Shown piece after piece: positions 52,101-64,000 of a DNA stretch of 64,000 nucleotides. Positions within the stretch are counted from its first letter, which is position 1. Every line of letters starts with the position of its first letter. The position numbers and the translations under genes were made by a program. The stretch is taken from positions 61,194,001 to 61,258,000 of the forward strand of contig CM052828.1 in the NCBI GenBank assembly GCA_028534125.1, in the 5' to 3' direction. This stretch comes from Lama glama. Lineage: Eukaryota. The notes under the pieces are model-generated. The model was not told where the DNA came from, searched no databases, and saw nothing but the letters and a program-made list of their open reading frames with translations.

Positions 52101-55100
52101 TGGAGGGGGACTGAAGAAGCCGGAAAGCTTCTTGCAGCATGTTAAGCTGTTAAAAACAGACTCGAAGGTACTTTTGTCCCAATTAAAGGAAAAAATAAAC
52201 GCATTGAAAAAAGACCCCAAGATTATCTGCCCACTTCCAGCGCTGGAAGATGGAATCACTGTGAATTTCAGTTTTTTCCTCAGTATTTAGTATACTTTAT
52301 AAATGTTCTAAGAAATAACTGTTGCTCTTACGAGCAGATAAAGATCATACATGTTTAATATAAAACTTCACTCTTACTTTTCCTTGTAGAAGTGCTGTTT
52401 TTCATCTTGGGGATATTTTCCGGCCCCCATCTGGGTTGGCTTTTAGCTCATAGACAGTGAGAGGCATGGAAAGGGGAGTCCCTGAGTAACTGAAAAAGCC
52501 AGGCGTGGGGAAGAAGGAGGGGGGTGAGGCTGGGGAGGGAGAGGAGACTTGGTGGGGGCTGGGGTGGGCACCCAGGACTGTCCAGCCAGCGCCGCCTGAC
52601 CGCGGACACGGGTCCTGAGTGGGCACTTCCTCACCACCTGCAAAAGCACAGCAGGTACCAGGAGCCCTGTCTTGGCACGAGTCTGACAGTGGCCTGGCCT
52701 CAGGCCACCGGGGGAGAGCACCTCTGGGGGCGGGCGGGCTGCGGGGCTAGTGTGAGGCTGGATGGAGGTGGGAGTTGGCTCTAGAACCAGGGCTGGGTTT
52801 GGAAGCTGGGGCGGTGTCGCAAAAGCCAAGCCCGTGGCCGTGGGCGTGGCCGAGGAGCGGGCGTGGCCTGGGCAGCGGTCTCTGCGCTCCTTGCTCCGCC
52901 CACTCCTCTCCTCCACGCTCGCCCTGCCAAGCCTGCCTTGCTGGGCCCTGGAACCCTCGGGCCGGCGTCCCTGGGGCGGGCGGGGCTGGTCCGGGGCTGC
53001 ATCAAGACCCCTGTGCTGTTGGAGTGGGCGGCCTTTTGCAGCCACCGGCCCAGAGGCCTCGCTTCCCGGAGCCCTTGCTGAGTGTGCGCCCTGGCCGCCC
53101 CGGGCACTGTGCGGAGAGCTCGTCTGGCCTCGGGGGCGTCAGCCTTCTGAGCAGGTTTTGTTCGGTCCGGACTTGTTCCTCTGAAGGTTATTCTCAACAC
53201 AGCCCCCATGGTGGGTGCCGCGGGAATCGGGTAGAAGGAGCCAGAGCGCGCCCCTCCTCTGTTCAGATCCGCGTCACCGCCCGCCCGGGCTCTCCGGGGC
53301 GCAGCTGGGGGCAGGTGAGAGAAACCCTCCCTGTGGACTCGGGAAGTAAACCAGCCTGTCTAGGGAGGCAGAGAGGGAACGCCTAAGGGAAGGAATTCTG
53401 GAGCTGGTGGCAGGAATTGAACCCAGACACTCATGTCCAAGTCTGGAGAGGCCCGGCCAGGGCTTGCAGAGCGGGGCCTGCAGACAGTGTGAGGGCAGGG
53501 CCCCCCGGTGCGGAGAGGGCCCTCCATCCCGCATCCCCGGGACCTGGGCCTTCAGCCGGCTGGTTGCTGGGCTGGGTGGGAGCTGGCGGTTCGTTACCCT
53601 GGTGAACGAGGGGAGCTCGTCCTCTCCAGGTGGAGGTAATAGGTGGTTTAGGGTGAGATCTCTGGAGAAGGGTCTTCCCGAGGGTCTGGAGGAAGGAGGC
53701 TGTTGGGGGGGGTGCTCAGCTGAGTCTGAGGGGCACAGGAAGGGGGGCCTGGGCCTCGTCCGGGTCCTGCTTGGCCTCGGCATGAAGTGGCCTTCCTGAG
53801 AAATTCACCCTTGCTGGGTCAGCGGGTACAAACGGCATTGCCCAGTGGCCAAGTTATTCTGAGTGTGCACGCTGACTCAGTTTTGTGTAATTTATTTCCG
53901 AGTACGTGACAGTCCCATTCTGGGGTGTCATGACTGTGACCTGCTGTGAAGCTTTTCTGATGGGACTGTGGACGGACATTGCAAATCTGCAGACGCACAG
54001 GTCTAGAGGGTGGAACGAGGCAGCCGGCATGCGGCGGGGAGGGGGGCGTCTGACCTGTGGTTGCAATCAAATACGCAGCTGCCCTCACCAAACACACACA
54101 CAATCGATTTAAAAAGCTTTGGATTGGGGAGAAGAACCATGTTTTTCTTTCCTCCCCCATTTTGTTTTGGAGCCACAGAGATCAAGGTGGGTAATTTCCC
54201 GGAAAACAGCACAGCAGCCTGGCCGGGCTCAGCGTGGCCTCCAGTCCTGCCCCCCGGCTGTCGCTGCCTCGCTGTGTGGTTGCTGATGACCACGTAGGAA
54301 CAGGAGCATCTGGGATAGAATTGTGGTGACAATTATCACAATTGTGGTTACTATACAGGAGGCTTCCCTGAGAGGGGAAGAAGCTAGGTCTACACAAAAC
54401 CTAGAGGTGGGGGCTGAGGGAGGAGGCGCCGGAGGTTTCCTTTCTTGCCCACGATCTTGAGTTCAGTGACAGAATGAGGTTTGGATGCACAGACCAGGAC
54501 ATCCAAATTAGTGGTTTATAGTCTGGAGATCTAATTCTGCTACCTAATCAAAGTTTGGAGGCGGACAACCCAGGGCTGTCTTTCTGTTCTGCCTTTCTTT
54601 GCATGCGACCTCCATTGTCAAGTTCCGTCATGGTCCAAAATGGTGGCTGGGGCTCCACCTTTATGTTCACACTCCAGGCAGCAGGAAGGATGGATGGGAT
54701 AAAGGCAAAGGGACTGGCTCCTGTAAGAGGTTTCCTGTAGGACCACCCAAGTCCTTCATTAAGGCGGATGATTATCTGCTGGGAATCCAGCTGGCATGTT
54801 TCCACATTCAGTAATCAGGGCCTGCTGAATGGAAAGAGAGGATGGACGTGCAGGTGGGGAGAGTTTGGTGTGGAAGCAGGCTCACAGGTGCACCCAGGGA
54901 GCAGTGCTGGCTGCCTGAGAGGGGAGCATGCACCTTCTCTGTGCACAGGGCGCAAAGGTCCTCCGTCCAGTCTTAGAAAGCGGCAGGTGTCTGGTTCACA
55001 GGCTCCCTGAGGTCCAGGGGTGCTTGTTAATGAGGCTAAAGTGCTGGTGGAGCTGGGCACAGAGCAGAAGCTCCACAAGCGGCCGGTGTGACTACCGCAG

Positions 55101-58100
55101 TGTGCGGTGAAGCCAGGGACTTGGAACCTAGGGAGGGCTCGGCCGCCCTCGGCTCTGGTATTTACCAAGAACCCACTATGTGTGGGCGCTGTCTTAGGGG
55201 AGAGGGGTGCAGCAGGGAACCAGGGAGCCTGCACCTGCCTCACTGGGCTTGTCGTCTGGGGGACAGGCATCGGGGAAGTGAGCACAGGACGTGGTGACAG
55301 TGACTGGAGCCCCTCTGGGTGCAGTGGGGGCTGCAGGGGAGGGCAGCCGGGCTCCTGCTTCTGACCGCAGGAGGGCCAGATGGAGGCGCGGATGAGGGAG
55401 GCTGTGCAGGTGGACGAGGGGCCCTAAGTGCGGTTCAGGGATTGATGGCGAGGAACCGGCAGAAACCTCAGGGCGGGCGGAGGGGCAGTAAGAGATCCCG
55501 GTCGGAGGACCGGGGTTGGGTGAGAAGGAGCTGGGCAGTGGTGGTCTCCACGGCTTTTCAGAGGCCACTTCAGTGCACCTGAGGGGGGCCCTGGGGAGGG
55601 GCAGGGCGAGCGAATGCCAGGTTCCAGCGAGTGGGCGGCAGGGCTTCGGGGAAAGAGCCTCGCTGACCCCGAAGGTGCCCATGTTTGCTAGGACCCCTCC
55701 CCGAGCCCGGCCCTGCACTAATCAGCTCCTTGTTTGCCCTCCCCAGAAGGATTTGAGAGAAGAAAGAAGACATGCCTGTGGTTTGTGGGGTCTCTGCTGG
55801 TGGTGTCCACCTTCATCCTGACCATCGGCCTCGCCGCCACCACCAGGACGGAGAATGTGACCGTGGGGGGCTACTACCCTGGGATCATCGTGAGTGCCGC
55901 AGTGCCTGGGTCTGCCGGGAGGGGCGGAGGGGCCGGGGGCCCCGGCGGACACAGATTTCTGTGAGGTAGTGACACGCTCCACCCCAGCCCCGCAGAGGAG
56001 GAGGTTAGGGTGTGGCTGTGGTGGGCTGCACAGCAGAGCACGGTCAAGGCTGCTGGTCAGCTGGCCACAGAGGGGTGAGTGTCCTGCACCGCCAGGTGGC
56101 CCGGTGGGAGCACGGGGTCCCAAGGAGTCGGGAGGGACAGGGGAGGGGTCAGAGCCCAGGGGTGGGAAAGGCCCCAGCCCAGTCTCCCCGGAGTCCCCCG
56201 AGGGAACCAGCCCTGTGACACCTGGATTTTAGCCCCATAAGACCAAACCAACCAAACCAACCGTCGGAAAACAGACATGGAGCTTTCCAAGGTGCCTGCC
56301 CCGAAGCCTCCATCGAAGACTCGTTAGTGACACAGTCGCGTGGGGACAGCAGGTGGAGGAGCTGGCGTCACCCCTCCTGACTTCCACTTCTGGGCAGGAA
56401 TGCCAGTAAACCGACAGCCTAACCAGACCGGGCAACAGCAGCCCCCAAAGTCAGCATCACCCAGCGGAGTTCTGAACCAGGAACCCACGTCCTTGTGCTA
56501 GCAGTAGAACCTGCTCCAAGTGTCGGCAATGCACTCAGGGAACATCTGTGAAGTTGCCGTTAGCAGCTCTCGCCCTCCAAGGGCACCAGAACCTGAGTCA
56601 CTGTGTCATTAAGTGCTGAACCAAGACTTAAAAACAGAAGTTTAATCTCACTGCGCTCACTAAAGTGTTATCAAGGTTAGTGACAACATTGGTAACATTT
56701 TTAGCAAGGATGAAATATTTGAAGACAGTTTGTAAAAATTGTTCATCTTTATGTGATTTTTACTTTTGTGTTTTGTGTGTGCTTTATAAGCCCACGTTCT
56801 CCTCCTCTGCGTAACTGACGAGTAGGCCTAAGGAAAGGGTCTGCGCTGAGTTTTCTCAGCGAAATCCCACGAGACTGCTGCTTTGCCCAGGTCCTGGGTG
56901 GGCGGGGAGCCTGGGGTTCAGGGCCGTGAGGATGCGTCCCCCCGAGTACTCGCAAAGCGTCAGGGTCAGCCTCAAGGAGCAGCTTTTTGGCCTGTTCTCC
57001 AGGCTTCGCTGATTCGGGATTTCACTGTGAGGTCACACGCACAGCAGCCTGGGTGTGTTCAGAGCCCTGCTCTGCGAGGAGCCTGATTCCGGGGCTGTGG
57101 CCAGGAGGAAACTGGCTTCCACTGAACGGTTCTGAGAGCAAACTGTGGACACGACAGATGGGATTCGCCCAACGAGGACGTGGATAAAATCACTTTTGTG
57201 GAGACACTGCGTTGACCTGGAGACCTAGAGCCAAGGGAGGGTCTCAGGGGGACCCCGGGTGGGAGGGAACAGACGCCATGACGTTTTGGAAAGAGGATTT
57301 TTTTTCAAATCCCCCAAAATGAAACTTAGTGAAATGTAACGGATGTATTTTGGCACTTTCATGCTGGAGTGGGATTTTGATATTCTGAGCTGTGAGAGGG
57401 ACTGTTGTATTTTGAAGAAAACGCCCACCTTTCCTTTATTATTGGTGGAAACTGTGCACTCTGGTCCGGCTGCAGATGTGCCTGCAAAGACATCCCACAT
57501 GAGCAGGTTGGATTTTAGTGCATTAAACTTGGCCCCACAGCCTAGGGCAGCCACAGTTGTGCTGGTCAGCTGGTCACCTGTCCCCAGGCTGGCTGCGGGC
57601 CAGCCCCAGATGGTCGCTCAAAGTCGGAAGCGCAGGGCTCACCTGCGGCAGGCGGGACTGCAGCGCAGCCCAGCTCCCTGCGGCCTGGGAGATGCTCCTC
57701 ACCCGCTATTCTGAGCTTCAAGCTGAGGGGAAAGTAGGAACTTCCTCCACCAGGCCCGCACGCCCGGGCCGTGCTTGGGTGGAGGGACCCTTCTCCTTGA
57801 CATCCACGCAGCCGTGTGGGTTCCCCCAGCATCGCCACGTCACTTGCGCCTGGGGGCTGAGAGCGGGGCTTCCTCCAGAACAGGCGGATCGATTCCCGCC
57901 CGGCGCCCGCCCCCAGCGGGAGTTCCCGCCCCCCTCGTCTGCTCGCCGCCGGGATCACCTGTCTGCCTGCGCACCCGAGTCAGCGCCCCCTTCCAAGCGG
58001 TGTCGTCTGCGTAGTGTTGCGGCGACTGGCAGCGCCCCTGAAACGCGCTCGGCTCTGGTTTCCTGTGACCCCACCCGAGGAGCCGATCCTTCTCCGACTC

Positions 58101-61100
58101 CTCCGGCCTCCAGAGGGCTTCTCCTGCCCCCGCGCAGCGGCGGGGCTACCACGAGGACGACCGACCGGTCAGGGTGAGGGGCACGGGCCCTCTTTTCCTG
58201 AAATCAGGTTAAACAGATGGGGGCATTAACGTATGTGAAGACAAGACCAGACGGGTCTGTTTCAGCGTTTCCATGCCAACCTGGTGGCGCCGGAGGCGCT
58301 CCCCCAACCCACCTCCGCTTAGCGGCTGGAGCTCCGAGGGGGCTGGCCGCCTGGCCCTCTGACAGAGCGCTTGGGTGGGCCGTCCCCTGTGCGTTGTCAC
58401 CGCCCAAGGTCAGCGTTAGGCTCCAGGCCCGTGACCCGAGCGCTCTCTCTCTTGTCCTCCTTTGGTGTCAGCTGGGCTTCGGAGCTTTCTTGGGAATCAT
58501 TGGCATCAACCTGGTGGAGAACAGAAGGCAGATGGTGAGCGTGGACATCGTTTCTGTCACGTGTGAGGGGGTAGTGGGTGGGAGGGGGTGTGTGGGTGTG
58601 GGGTGTGGGTGGGAGTGGGTGGGGGGAGTGTGGTGGGAGGGGGAGTGTGGGAAGGGGGTGTGGGTGAGGGGTGTGGGTGAGAGGGGGTGTGAGGGTGGGG
58701 GGTGTGGGTGGGGGAGTGTGGTGGGAGGGGGAGTGGGTGGGGGGAGTGTGGGGGTAGTGGGTGGAGTGTGGGAAGGGGGTGTGGGTGGGGGGNNNNNNNN
58801 NNNNNNNNNNNNNNNNNNNNNNNNNNNNNNNNNNNNNNNNNNNNNNNNNNNNNNNNNNNNNNNNNNNNNNNNNNNNNNNNNNNNNNNNNNNNGTGGCATG
58901 GGGACGGTTGAGCACCACCGTGTGCACGCGGCAGTGTCCAGCAGGTGCTGGCTGGTGGCAGGTGCTCGGAGACCAGCAGCCACAGTTAGGTCCTGCATTT
59001 AAGCACGTAGGTCAGTCAGGATATTCATGCTGCTTCAAAAGTAGACAATAAAAAGCTGAGAAAACGTCAGCTAAAGAGCGTGCTCGTGACTCGCACGCAC
59101 CCGAATGTGTAAGAACATTTCCTCTTCCCTTGATCTCCTTTTATTCCGGTGCTTTACAGTGGAAACATTGAACCCTACTCAACGTGGACAGAGCGGCATA
59201 GCAGCCTCTGCCCACCTCCCAGCGTCGTCATTGTCTCTGTAACTGTTCCACTGTTCAGTCTAGAGGGTGGAATCTAATCACCAGAAATGGCTTCACCGTT
59301 ATCTCTGACCTGAGAGCCGCCAGTCATGTCGGCTTCTGCTGCTGCCCCGTTGCGGGTGGCTTACTGCTCTCTCCCCACCCAGACAGACTGAGGAGCCCGT
59401 GGTTTCACTGGTGGCTCTGCCATCGGGCGTGGTCCCCGTGGCCAAGGATGGAGCTGTTATGGGTCTAAAGCAGTTTCCTCCCCCCACGGCCGTCCAGGTG
59501 GGAGCACTCAAACACATGCTGGAATCTTCCGCAACAGGGTTTAAAATCCTCAGACTAACTGAAGTCACTTAGAAGTCGATGAGCATGTCCCCTGGGGGGC
59601 AGGGCATCAGCCTGTGTGGGGGAGGGTCCCGGCTGTCCTTCCCGTGCCCCCTCTGCTTGGGGTCAGGGCATCACGGGCCCCTTACGGGCCCCTCCCCTTC
59701 TGTGCAGAAGCCCAGCTGGTCTCTGCTGCCCCCAGGACTGGGTGGGTGGGGCTGACACAGAAGGGCTGTGCAGGCAGACGAGGGCGCATGTTCCGAGGTC
59801 CTGGGTGCGCACGGCGTCTCTGGTGGGAAAGTGAAGTCACTGATTCCATCTCAGAGCAGTTTCAGCCACCCAGCGACAACCATCAGTAACCGTTAATAAC
59901 AGCCAATAATTGCCAGTGACCGTCAGTGACTGTCAACGACCACGAGTAACTGTCAACATTACTTTGAGGCACCGGTTTCCCCCTGACTTTTCCCGAGTGA
60001 GGATCATCATCACCCACCCATTTCTTTCTTCATCAAATGTTTCCCAAGCATGCATGGCCCTGAGCTGGGCACTGGGCGGGGAGACTGGTCTCACGGACTT
60101 AGAGCTGTGCATGGAGCGTGGGGGGCGCTGGGGGAGGATGGGGAGAGGCAGTGGAGGCAGACAGGGCCTGGGGGTCTACTCCCAGGCTGGGATGGGAGTG
60201 GAGCTCGGTGGTTAAGGCTGAGACCCAGGGGCAGCTCAGCTCTGTCCAGCTCGAGATGTGTCGGTTCTGTTAATAGTTTCAGAGAACCAGCGTCAGTTCT
60301 CTTCACTGCTTGTCTGTTCTCCAGTCTCTGCTTTGACCTTTGTCACACCTGCGCCCCCAGCTTCTGGTTGGTGGGACCCAGGAGGCCCACAGGGCGTTTA
60401 TGCAGTGTACGGATAGTCAGAGGGGAGATGAGGGCCAGAGAGGCCAGCAGAGCAGAGACCGAAGGACTGGACGCAGCTCTGATTTGATGTTGGGGGCCTG
60501 GCTTCACCTGGAAGCAGCTCGTGGGGGCTGCGAGGAAGGGAACCCAGGGCACGGGCTTGGCCCTCGTAGCCCATCCTGTCCCCTGGAGTAGCCACTGGGA
60601 GCTTCACGCCAAAACTGAAACCAAAGTCCCAGGGGTCAAACCAGCCCGAATGCCTGGTGGAACCAGTAAATACTTCAGGTTAACCAGGGTGGGCGGGAGA
60701 GGCCGTGTGGAGTCTGTGACCAGGGGAAGAAGCAACCAGCTGACGTGGGAAAACAGCTTCCAATGGAACCGTGCTCTCTAAGGTTACAGGCGGAGCTCTG
60801 CAGGCGAGCCGTGGTCTCTAGTCAGTGGCTCGGTTTTCACAGGGTTTGGGTGAGAAACTCCACGGTGACTTTAGGCTCCTTTGGGGACTGAGCACTGGTT
60901 CTCAGGCTGCGGTCGTGGCCACTGGAGAGAGTGTAGGGGTCCTGGTGGGTTTGGAAGGGTTGACCCTTGGCCGCTCAGTGGGGAGGACAGACGGGAATTT
61001 TTATACTATTTTTGCTGTTTGTTTTGGTAAACCTGAAATCATTCATAAGAAAAGATAGAAAAATGTTGAAGAAATGGCCAACAGATGTGAGCAAAGGGCC

Positions 61101-63539
61101 TCTGCCTCCGTGAACACAGAGGAGTGTGTTTGAGGGCACAGGGAGCCTTTTTTGCCCATCAGCTCGGAAACCCCGAGGTTGGCCCTAGGCAGCATCTCCA
61201 GGCTTCGGGGGCAGGTGGCAGGCTGCGGGAGGAGCAAGCCCGCAGCGTCCTCTCGGGTGCTGAAGCGCGAGACCCTGCCCACGGAGCCCCGACTGCGAGC
61301 GTGGGTTCCTGCATGTCCCGGGAATCCACCCCGCAGAAATACTTACGCGTAAGCCCAGAGTTTTACATAGAACCGTGTAGCAGCGCTGTATTTGCAAGAT
61401 GTCGCAGACGGTCACACTGCCCTGAAAGCCCCATCACCTCCGTGTGGGGCGGCACTGCATGCTCTGGGGTCCTCGGCCCCTCCCTCGCCTCCGGGGGCCT
61501 GACGCTGGCCTTGAGGGTCCGTCTGTGCTGAGCCCTGCCCTTCTGCTTCCAGCTGGTGGCAGCCATCGTGTTCATCAGCTTCGGGGTGGTGGCCACCTTC
61601 TGCTGCGCCATCGTGGACGGCGTGTTTGCTGCTCAGCACATCGTGAGTTTCCTTCACTCTTCCTGATGTTGGTCTCAGTTACTTTGGGTTTTAGAAAATC
61701 TGCAGAGTTAAGTTTCCTTTTGCAGGCGCAGCTCAGCACCCCCACTGTCTGTCTCCCCACTGGTGTTGGCCGACCGCGGTCTTGTCCCTCCTGCCCCTCG
61801 CTTCCTCCCGGGCTGACCCGGCTCTCCCCGCCGCCCCCGCCCGCAGCCCCAGCACATCATTGGAGCCAAAGTCCTCAACGCCCCACCGACTCTCCTCAAG
61901 TCTCTTTAAATCAACAATCTGCTGCCCTATGACTTCCCAGGTTTTTAGCTCAAATGCATCTTTCAGGAGGAGTGGCAGAATCTTCTGCCTCCGTGGCACC
62001 TGACGGCGTGGAAGTCTGGGCGGACGAGCCTGGCAGTGGATCTTTGAACGTGAGCCACATCGGACGCTTGTGGCTTGGACCTGTGGGGCCCCCTCGGCCT
62101 CGGCACAGATCACATAACGCAATATTAAATTGCGTTAAAATCAGCCAAGGCAGCCAGCCGAAGGAAAAATGCAAAACCCGTTGTCAGACCGCATTGGATG
62201 TGTCCGGATCCCTTTTCTGTGTTTGTGGAAGTTCTGTTGCACGGTCAGGAAGCGGTCCTTCAAGTTCCAGTCAGGCAAGTCCGAGAGCGTCAGTTGGAGT
62301 GCAGTGCAGCGGCCGTCCTCATCAGAAGCACCGAAGCGCTTGCCTGACCATCAGCCCCGTTTCCCTTGAAGTGAGCCAGCCCTGGTCACGTGCAGTGGTG
62401 CTTCCTGCGTTCGTCCACCAGTTGGTACCTTCGTCTTAGGACTCAAAGGTGGGGAGACCGTCGGGTCTGTGCTGGCGCTGCACCTGCTGTCTGCTTGCCA
62501 AGGGGTCTTGACCGTCACCCTGTCCCGCTCGAGCCCCCTTCTCAGCCCCCGTTCCAACGAGGCTGCCACAGTGAAGTCATGGCTACGTTTCCTGAGGAAC
62601 CTCATTAGGCATTCTATGGCCTTGGACAGAAGTGACTGGGCTGAGATGCAGACTCAGTCACGTTCACTGCCCCACCCGCCTCCAAGCTCGTCCACGGGTA
62701 CAGCAGCGTGTGACCGTGCTGTCGGGGCTTCTGCTGTGGACAGAGTGCTCCCATCCCCCAGACTGATGTGTTGAAACCTTACCTCCAGAGAGATGGGTCC
62801 TTAACAGGCGATGAGGCCCTGAGGGCGTGGAAGGAGGGATGGATGGATGGAAGATGGGTGGGTGGTTGCGGGTGGAGGGATGGAGAGACGTACAAGTAGA
62901 GGGATGAATGGATGGGTGGCTGTGGATGGAGGGATGGAAGGATGGGTGAGGGGTGGATGAACGAATGGAGAGATGGACGAGTGGACGAGTGGATGGATGC
63001 ATGGAGCAATGAAGAGATGGTGGAGTGTTACGTAGATGGTTGAATGATTAAGCCATCAGATGGACGATTGGCTGGTTGGATGGATGACGGAGTTACTCTG
63101 AAATCCGTCTTGCTCCTTTCCTAGTAGTAAAAAGAGTTTTGCTTTTAGGAAAAGAGGTAGGAGCCAAGGAGTCTCTCTGGGCTGTGTGTGAGTGCACAGT
63201 CGTCTCCCTTCAGCTGCCTTGAAGTTGGGGGAAGACGCGTCCATCTGGCCGCAGGGCAGGGCGGCTGCTCACCCACCCTCTGGGCACAGGAGCCCAGCTG
63301 CCCAGGGATGAGCCACGTGCTTCCTGCCTCTCGGTCTCCTTCTGGGAGGCTCTGGTTGGTGCTGGCGTCTCCGCTTTAGACTCAGCGTCTGAAGTCGCCT
63401 CTGGCTGCTCTGGATTTGGGGCTGAAACCACTCCATTCCATTTGTGCCTCGTCTCCAGGAACCCAGGCCCCTCGTGGCGGGAAGGTGTCAGTTTTACTCC
63501 AGCGGAGTCGGATACCTGCACGACGTCTACCAGACGGAG
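48882..63539 (+). CDS. TMEM255B: Transmembrane protein 255B (FAM70B), 3'-partial: join(48882-48936,55747-55889,58472-58534,61553-61642,63459-63539...)
   Basis: Spliced frame [144 protein letters not shown]. All introns are GT-AG. Synteny with GRK1. Confidence 0.95.
49992..50123 (+). mobile_element. tRNA-Ala-derived SINE (camelid Vic-1-like) with target-site duplication
   Basis: Head GGGGAGGGAATAGCTCAAGTGGTAGAGC (A box)...GGGTTCAATCCC (B box)...CCTCCA. Tail (AAAT)n-CTAATTACCTCCCCCC-poly(A). Flanked by AAAAAATGCTGGGGTTGG at 49976-49993 and 50118-50135, at a TTT/AAAA L1-endonuclease-type site. Confidence 0.88.
52245..52345 (+). mobile_element. Old L1 (L1ME-like) 3'-end fragment
   Basis: GATGGAATCACTGTGAATTTCAGTTTTTTCCTC...TTCTAAGAAATAAC pattern. 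Confidence 0.35.
54530..54840. mobile_element. Ancient MaLR LTR fragment (MLT1J-like)
   Basis: CATGGTCCAAAATGGTGGCTGGGGCTCCA...CACACTCCAGGCAGCAGGAAGGA resembles the recalled MLT1J core. Confidence 0.5.
55747..55889 (+). CDS. TMEM255B: TMEM255B exon 2 (TM1)
   Basis: ccccag|AAGGAT ... ATCATC|gtgagt; 143 nt. Confidence 0.94.
56089..56102 (+). promoter_or_regulatory. Possible CTCF core motif
   Basis: CCGCCAGGTGGCCC matches CCRSYAGRKGGC; motif match only. Confidence 0.3.
58472..58534 (+). CDS. TMEM255B: TMEM255B exon 3
   Basis: tgtcag|CTGGGC ... CAGATG|gtgagc; 63 nt. Confidence 0.94.
58562..58792 (+). repeat. G-rich low-complexity tract (GGGTGT/GGGAG), running into the assembly gap
   Basis: About 230 bp with essentially no C and more than 20 G3+ runs. 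Confidence 0.9.
58793..58892. other. Assembly gap (100 N, size unknown)
   Basis: Run of 100 n. Confidence 1.
60985..61060 (+). mobile_element. Old L1 (L1M) 3'-end fragment
   Basis: GGGAATTTTTATACTATTTTTGC...GTAAACCTGAAATCATTC...AAAAG resembles an L1MB/MC 3' terminus. Confidence 0.4.
61553..61642 (+). CDS. TMEM255B: TMEM255B exon 4
   Basis: ttccag|CTGGTG ... CACATC|gtgagt; 90 nt. Confidence 0.94.
62835..63085. repeat. Degenerate (GGAT)n/(TGGA)n microsatellite
   Basis: ggatggatggatggaagatgggtggg... Confidence 0.85.
63459..63539 (+). CDS. TMEM255B: TMEM255B exon 5
   Basis: ctccag|GAACCC ... ACGGAG|gtaagc; 81 nt. Confidence 0.94.
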
Positions 63540-64000
63540 GTAAGCAGCGGGGCCGGTCTGGCTCCGCGACCCGGTGGTCTCTGCCCGTTGACCTCACACA
63601 CGTGGGTGGCGGGGGTCCTCCTGCCGGTTGCAGAGCGCTGGGGGAGGGAGGAAGGTGCATGTTTCTGCCCCAGTCTTGCTGCTTTCACATCAAAAGCTGC
63701 CCAAACACCTGCACCCCAGTGCCGCAGGCGCCCGAGGGGAGGCCTGCGGGTGGCTTGGGGTGTGCCGGCTTGGTCCAGTCGTGCTGCCCGGAGCCCTCTC
63801 CCTCCCCTTGTCCAGTGAGTGTTGGCCACCTGGCCTCCTGGGGTGGCTGAACCTAGTCCTCGGACTCCTCCCAGCCCTGCTGCACCCGGTCTGGGGGAGG
63901 GAGGGGTGGGTCAGGAGGGGCAGTGGTCTGACTGAGGGGCAGAGTGGCTGGGTCCCCCCTTCCCCCAAGGGAGGCCTCTGCCCACCTGGAGTGAGGCCGG

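Noticed and set aside
51930-52320. Protein-like Lys/Glu-rich frames suggesting a hidden exon or pseudogene
   Set aside because: Short, stop-interrupted frames with no consistent splice pair; partly resembles an old L1 3' end.

Overview
GC- and CpG-rich mammalian genomic DNA, syntenic to human 13q34. It is probably from a camelid, because the single young retroposon is a tRNA-Ala-derived SINE with a Vic-1-like tail. Four protein-coding genes were reconstructed exon by exon with GT-AG boundaries. (1) TFDP1 (+): 10 coding exons at 5244-18060; the ATG exon lies upstream of the window. (2) ATP4B (-): complete, 7 exons, 291 aa. (3) GRK1 (+): complete, 7 exons, 563 aa, ending in the CaaX motif CLVS. 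(4) TMEM255B (+): exons 1-5, continuing beyond the window. ATP4B and GRK1 are head-to-head, and TFDP1 and ATP4B are tail-to-tail. Comparisons with human proteins and repeat consensus sequences are from memory, not from searches. I found no convincing new biological system, and most ORF-track entries are GC-rich noise. The best leads are: four perfect decoy copies of the GRK1 exon-1 splice donor in an 8-bp repeat; a candidate NRL/CRX enhancer; a dense nuclear-receptor (ERRE/DR1) element cluster 3' of ATP4B; a bidirectional poly(A) hexamer knot; a 591-codon ORF downstream of GRK1; loss of ATP4B sequon N130; and GRK1 S5A.
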